Under the pieces are notes generated by a model, which saw only the letters and a program-made list of their open reading frames with translations, was not told the origin of the DNA and searched no databases. Shown here piece after piece: positions 60,851-64,000 of a DNA stretch of 64,000 nt (positions are counted from its first letter, which is position 1; the number at the start of each line of letters is the position of its first letter). The translations under genes were made by a program, and so were the position numbers. The DNA is from Eledone cirrhosa (taxonomy: Eukaryota): assembly GCA_964016885.1 (NCBI GenBank), contig OZ024740.1, forward strand, positions 388,244,001 to 388,308,000. Direction: 5' to 3'.

Positions 60851-61530
60851 TACATATATTTTTATGTGTATTTGGTGTATACGTTCGTATGTGTGCGCGT
60901 ACAGGCTTGCGTGGTTTCTATATGTACGTGCGTGTTTTTTTGTGTACGTGCTTGTATTTTCATACCCATGGCAAGTGTTTTCGCGTATGCTTGTGTATGT
61001 ACGTATATGGATGCGTGTATGTATATATTTAATTTCAATTACCTCTGTATTTAATTTACTTTATTCTTAACTCTGAAGCCGAGAATCATTCGGTTTCCTA
61101 AATAGAATTTTAGTCTACGACTTCAGTTATACCATTTACGTGGTTTTGTCTTTGCGTGTAATTGTTCTCCACGTATGACGTATTATCTTCGTTTTTTTCC
61201 GTTCATTACCAGAGAATGTCTCTATGAATCACCTAATAAAATATTAGTCTACGACTTCATTTATACCATAAACGTGGTTTTGTCTTTGTGTGTAATTGTT
61301 TTCACCGCACCAAATAATGACGTATTATCTTCTTTTTCCCCCGTTCTTTGCCAGGGAACGTTTCCACGAACCAAAGTATCGTCTTCCTGTCTTCCTTCGG
61401 TTGCAACATTTTTTGAAATATTTACTCCTGCGTTCACAGATTGACCTTTTTAGTTTCAGAAGATCCCGTTAAGTGTGAAAGCAGCGATTCTTTGCTTACT
61501 TAAACTTTAATCTGTTATTTTAATAAATAT
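60222..61530 (+). mobile_element. Second copy of the PLE 3' end / pseudo-LTR seen at 5607-6715
   Basis: Colinear similarity from CATCTTAAACAAAAA.TCTGAGGCAATTTCGG through the HHR to the terminus at a (TA)n run. Confidence 0.9.
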
Positions 61531-62599
61531 ATATATATATAATATAATGAACACGTCATTCATATTTTTTACTAAAATTTAAACTGGATATAAACTGCAT
61601 TTATAATGTTTTTTCTTGCCGCCCAAAATAGCAACGAGTACCGTCATACATTATATATACACAAAGTGATATATTTCGTTGTATATATGTTTCTGTTTAG
61701 CTTTTTAAAATATATTCCGTTTTAAATGTATGAAACCTAGCTTATAATCCCAACATGTCAACCAATTTTATTTATTCATCTTCATTGCTATCTACAAATA
61801 CACCAAACTTGTTTGATGTCTTAACCTCCAAGGACTTACGTTAAAATATTTTATCTTTTTCTTATTTTGAAGCAATATTTCTATTTTCGTGCTTATGATT
61901 TAGCATTTGCTCACGTTTGGCATTAACGGATTATTGCCTACTCACGTAATATAAAGTGTGATTTCAAACAGTTGCGCATGTTGAAAAGTCCAACATGTTC
62001 CAATAAATGAATACACGCATAATCATGCATTGAATTGAGCCCTTTCTTAACTGCTGTGACTTTGCTATTTATTTAAAAATTACATATGGATGTATAGATA
62101 TATTCAGAAACGGGGAAATTGGAAGAAATTGAAAAAGATATAACATGAAAAGAATAAAAACCACCTTCCTGAATATCAGCTATCTGTTATTTTTACAGTA
62201 CTACTAAGTTCCAATCAGGACACATGCAGTAACAACAAATTGGAATACAAAGCTGGAGATAAAAAATGTGCAAAAATCACTCGAAACGAAAAGCAAAGAA
62301 TTTTTGGCACTGTCATGAATGTTTGACTCCGTTCAGATTATACTAAATTATTTTCGTTTCTCATTCTTCAAAATACACATAGGATGTTTGAAATTAGCGT
62401 CACACTAGGACAGCAGCTGGTTGGGTAGTTTGTTTATAATGTTCTATTTCTATTCATTCGACCATCGTTTCATTATTCAACATCGCTGTGATATTTGCAT
62501 GAATTTTACTTACTTTATTAAAGCTATTATATTAAATTTCGTTTATATACAAGCACATACCCAACACAAACTTATATATAAGTTCCCTAAGATTGACCA

Positions 62600-63445
62600 A
62601 CATTTTTATCCCTCTTAAATTCTGTAGATATCGTCAATACTGAGCCTTAAATCCATGGGTAGTGCTTTATCTTTTCCTTGTATCCACTCCTACTTAGAAC
62701 CTTGTTATAATACCAAGCTTTTTCCATAAAAATCTCTTCCGTCGCTGACAATTCAGAAATCCCCAGAGAAATGTAGTTTCCTAAGCCTTTAATAAAGGAA
62801 CTAGGGTGGTTTAAGTTTCATAACATAGTGAAGGTTCTCGTTCGGCTTATGTTAAGGCCGGTAAAGGCTCGTCCGTGGATACGTTTATTATCATGTTTAA
62901 AATGTTTACACTTTTTGCTATCCTCAAAAGTTATTGAGAGGCTATATTGCCTAAATATGTCTAATTTGTTCTCTACGTCTCTCCAAAGATGACGGGATGA
63001 GATGATTTGTCGTTAATAGACAATCATCACGATATAATCTTCCGTCAATATCGCGATAATAATCCTTCAATTTGAAAAGAAGAAATAAACCACAAGGTCA
63101 GAATTTAAAAATATTCCGTGTCCAGTGTTTATTCTCAAATTCTTTTATGGTTTTCCTGGCATGCAGAATTATATTTATCTCATTCTTGGTGATATTAGAT
63201 CATATACTAGATAAAATAAGTGCCAAGTGAGTAATATTGGTGAGATAAATGAATAATTCCCATCGATATCGAAGTAACTTCATTTTCTTTCAGTTTAAGA
63301 AACCATTCAATCTCTTCATCAGTGTTATCTCAAAGTGGGAGTTTCAAATATTTCTTCATTTGTGATATAATCCTGGCCAAAATTACCTTACTAATTCTAC
63401 CGATGTCGGATTTTGACGGGCTGATAATTCTCATCGAAGGATTGC
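62600..63445 (-). mobile_element. Penelope-like RT fragment, decayed
   Basis: Minus strand: IISPSKSDIGRISKVILARII, FDID, RDDCLL, YSLSITFE, LNHPSSFIKGL..ISELS. Confidence 0.75.
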
Positions 63446-63450
63446 TAAGG

Positions 63451-63497
<47 letters not shown>

Positions 63498-63809
63498 AAT
63501 AAAGAAATGGCCTCTACAGGACTAGAAATGTTTCATTCGAAGGAAATCACCAGAAAAGCCAACTGTCGTTGTACTATGGTTGTATTTGTATGTTTTCTGG
63601 TGTTTGGGGAAAGTCGTAATTTTGAGAGTGGGTGGAGGTCATTGACCAAGGCATTTAATGAACAGGGATTCTTTGAAAAATCTCTTTTTAGAAATATACA
63701 TATTAATACCATGACACGGAACAGACTCTTACATTCTCCCCCAGCATCAAGAAATTGACCTACGCTACAAATTTCGTGTTGCCACATGGAATGACCTGTA
63801 TTTCCTTCG

Positions 63810-63869
<60 letters not shown>

Positions 63870-63872
<3 letters not shown>

Positions 63873-64000
63873 GAAAAAATGAAACGAAATTTCATTTCTC
63901 ACTCTTAGTACGGGTGTTACTTAAATATAAGTATGTATACGTACATACATATATGTATACAGACGTACAGTAGTATGTATATATATATATACATACATGC
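63870..64000 (-). mobile_element. Family B copy running off the window edge
   Basis: Reverse complement of ~42432-42560, with the same terminus against (TA)n. Confidence 0.8.

Overview
AT-rich eukaryotic intergenic or intronic DNA, saturated with (TA)n/(CA)n/(GA)n microsatellites. The SINE repertoire and composition suggest a cephalopod (Octopus-like) genome; this is an inference. I found no host gene or intact autonomous element, and almost all ORFs in the track are microsatellite artefacts. Recognisable contents: a ~12 kb 29-bp minisatellite (9589-21638); decayed R4-clade, Tx1/L1-clade and RTE-clade LINE pieces; about 14 SINE copies; one end-to-end non-autonomous Helitron; a foldback MITE-like element; and about 8 fragments of Penelope-like elements (PLEs). 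The main signal is a dense set of 20 or more type I hammerhead ribozyme (HHR) motifs, folded by eye. About 9 have an intact core, and recurring non-canonical variants occur (U3-A8 swap; 1-nt insertion after A9). They sit in short modules embedded in (TA)n that form a 375-nt tandem HHR-to-HHR unit (retrozyme-like) or inverted/foldback structures with fixed outer ends. Coordinates of degenerate elements are approximate.
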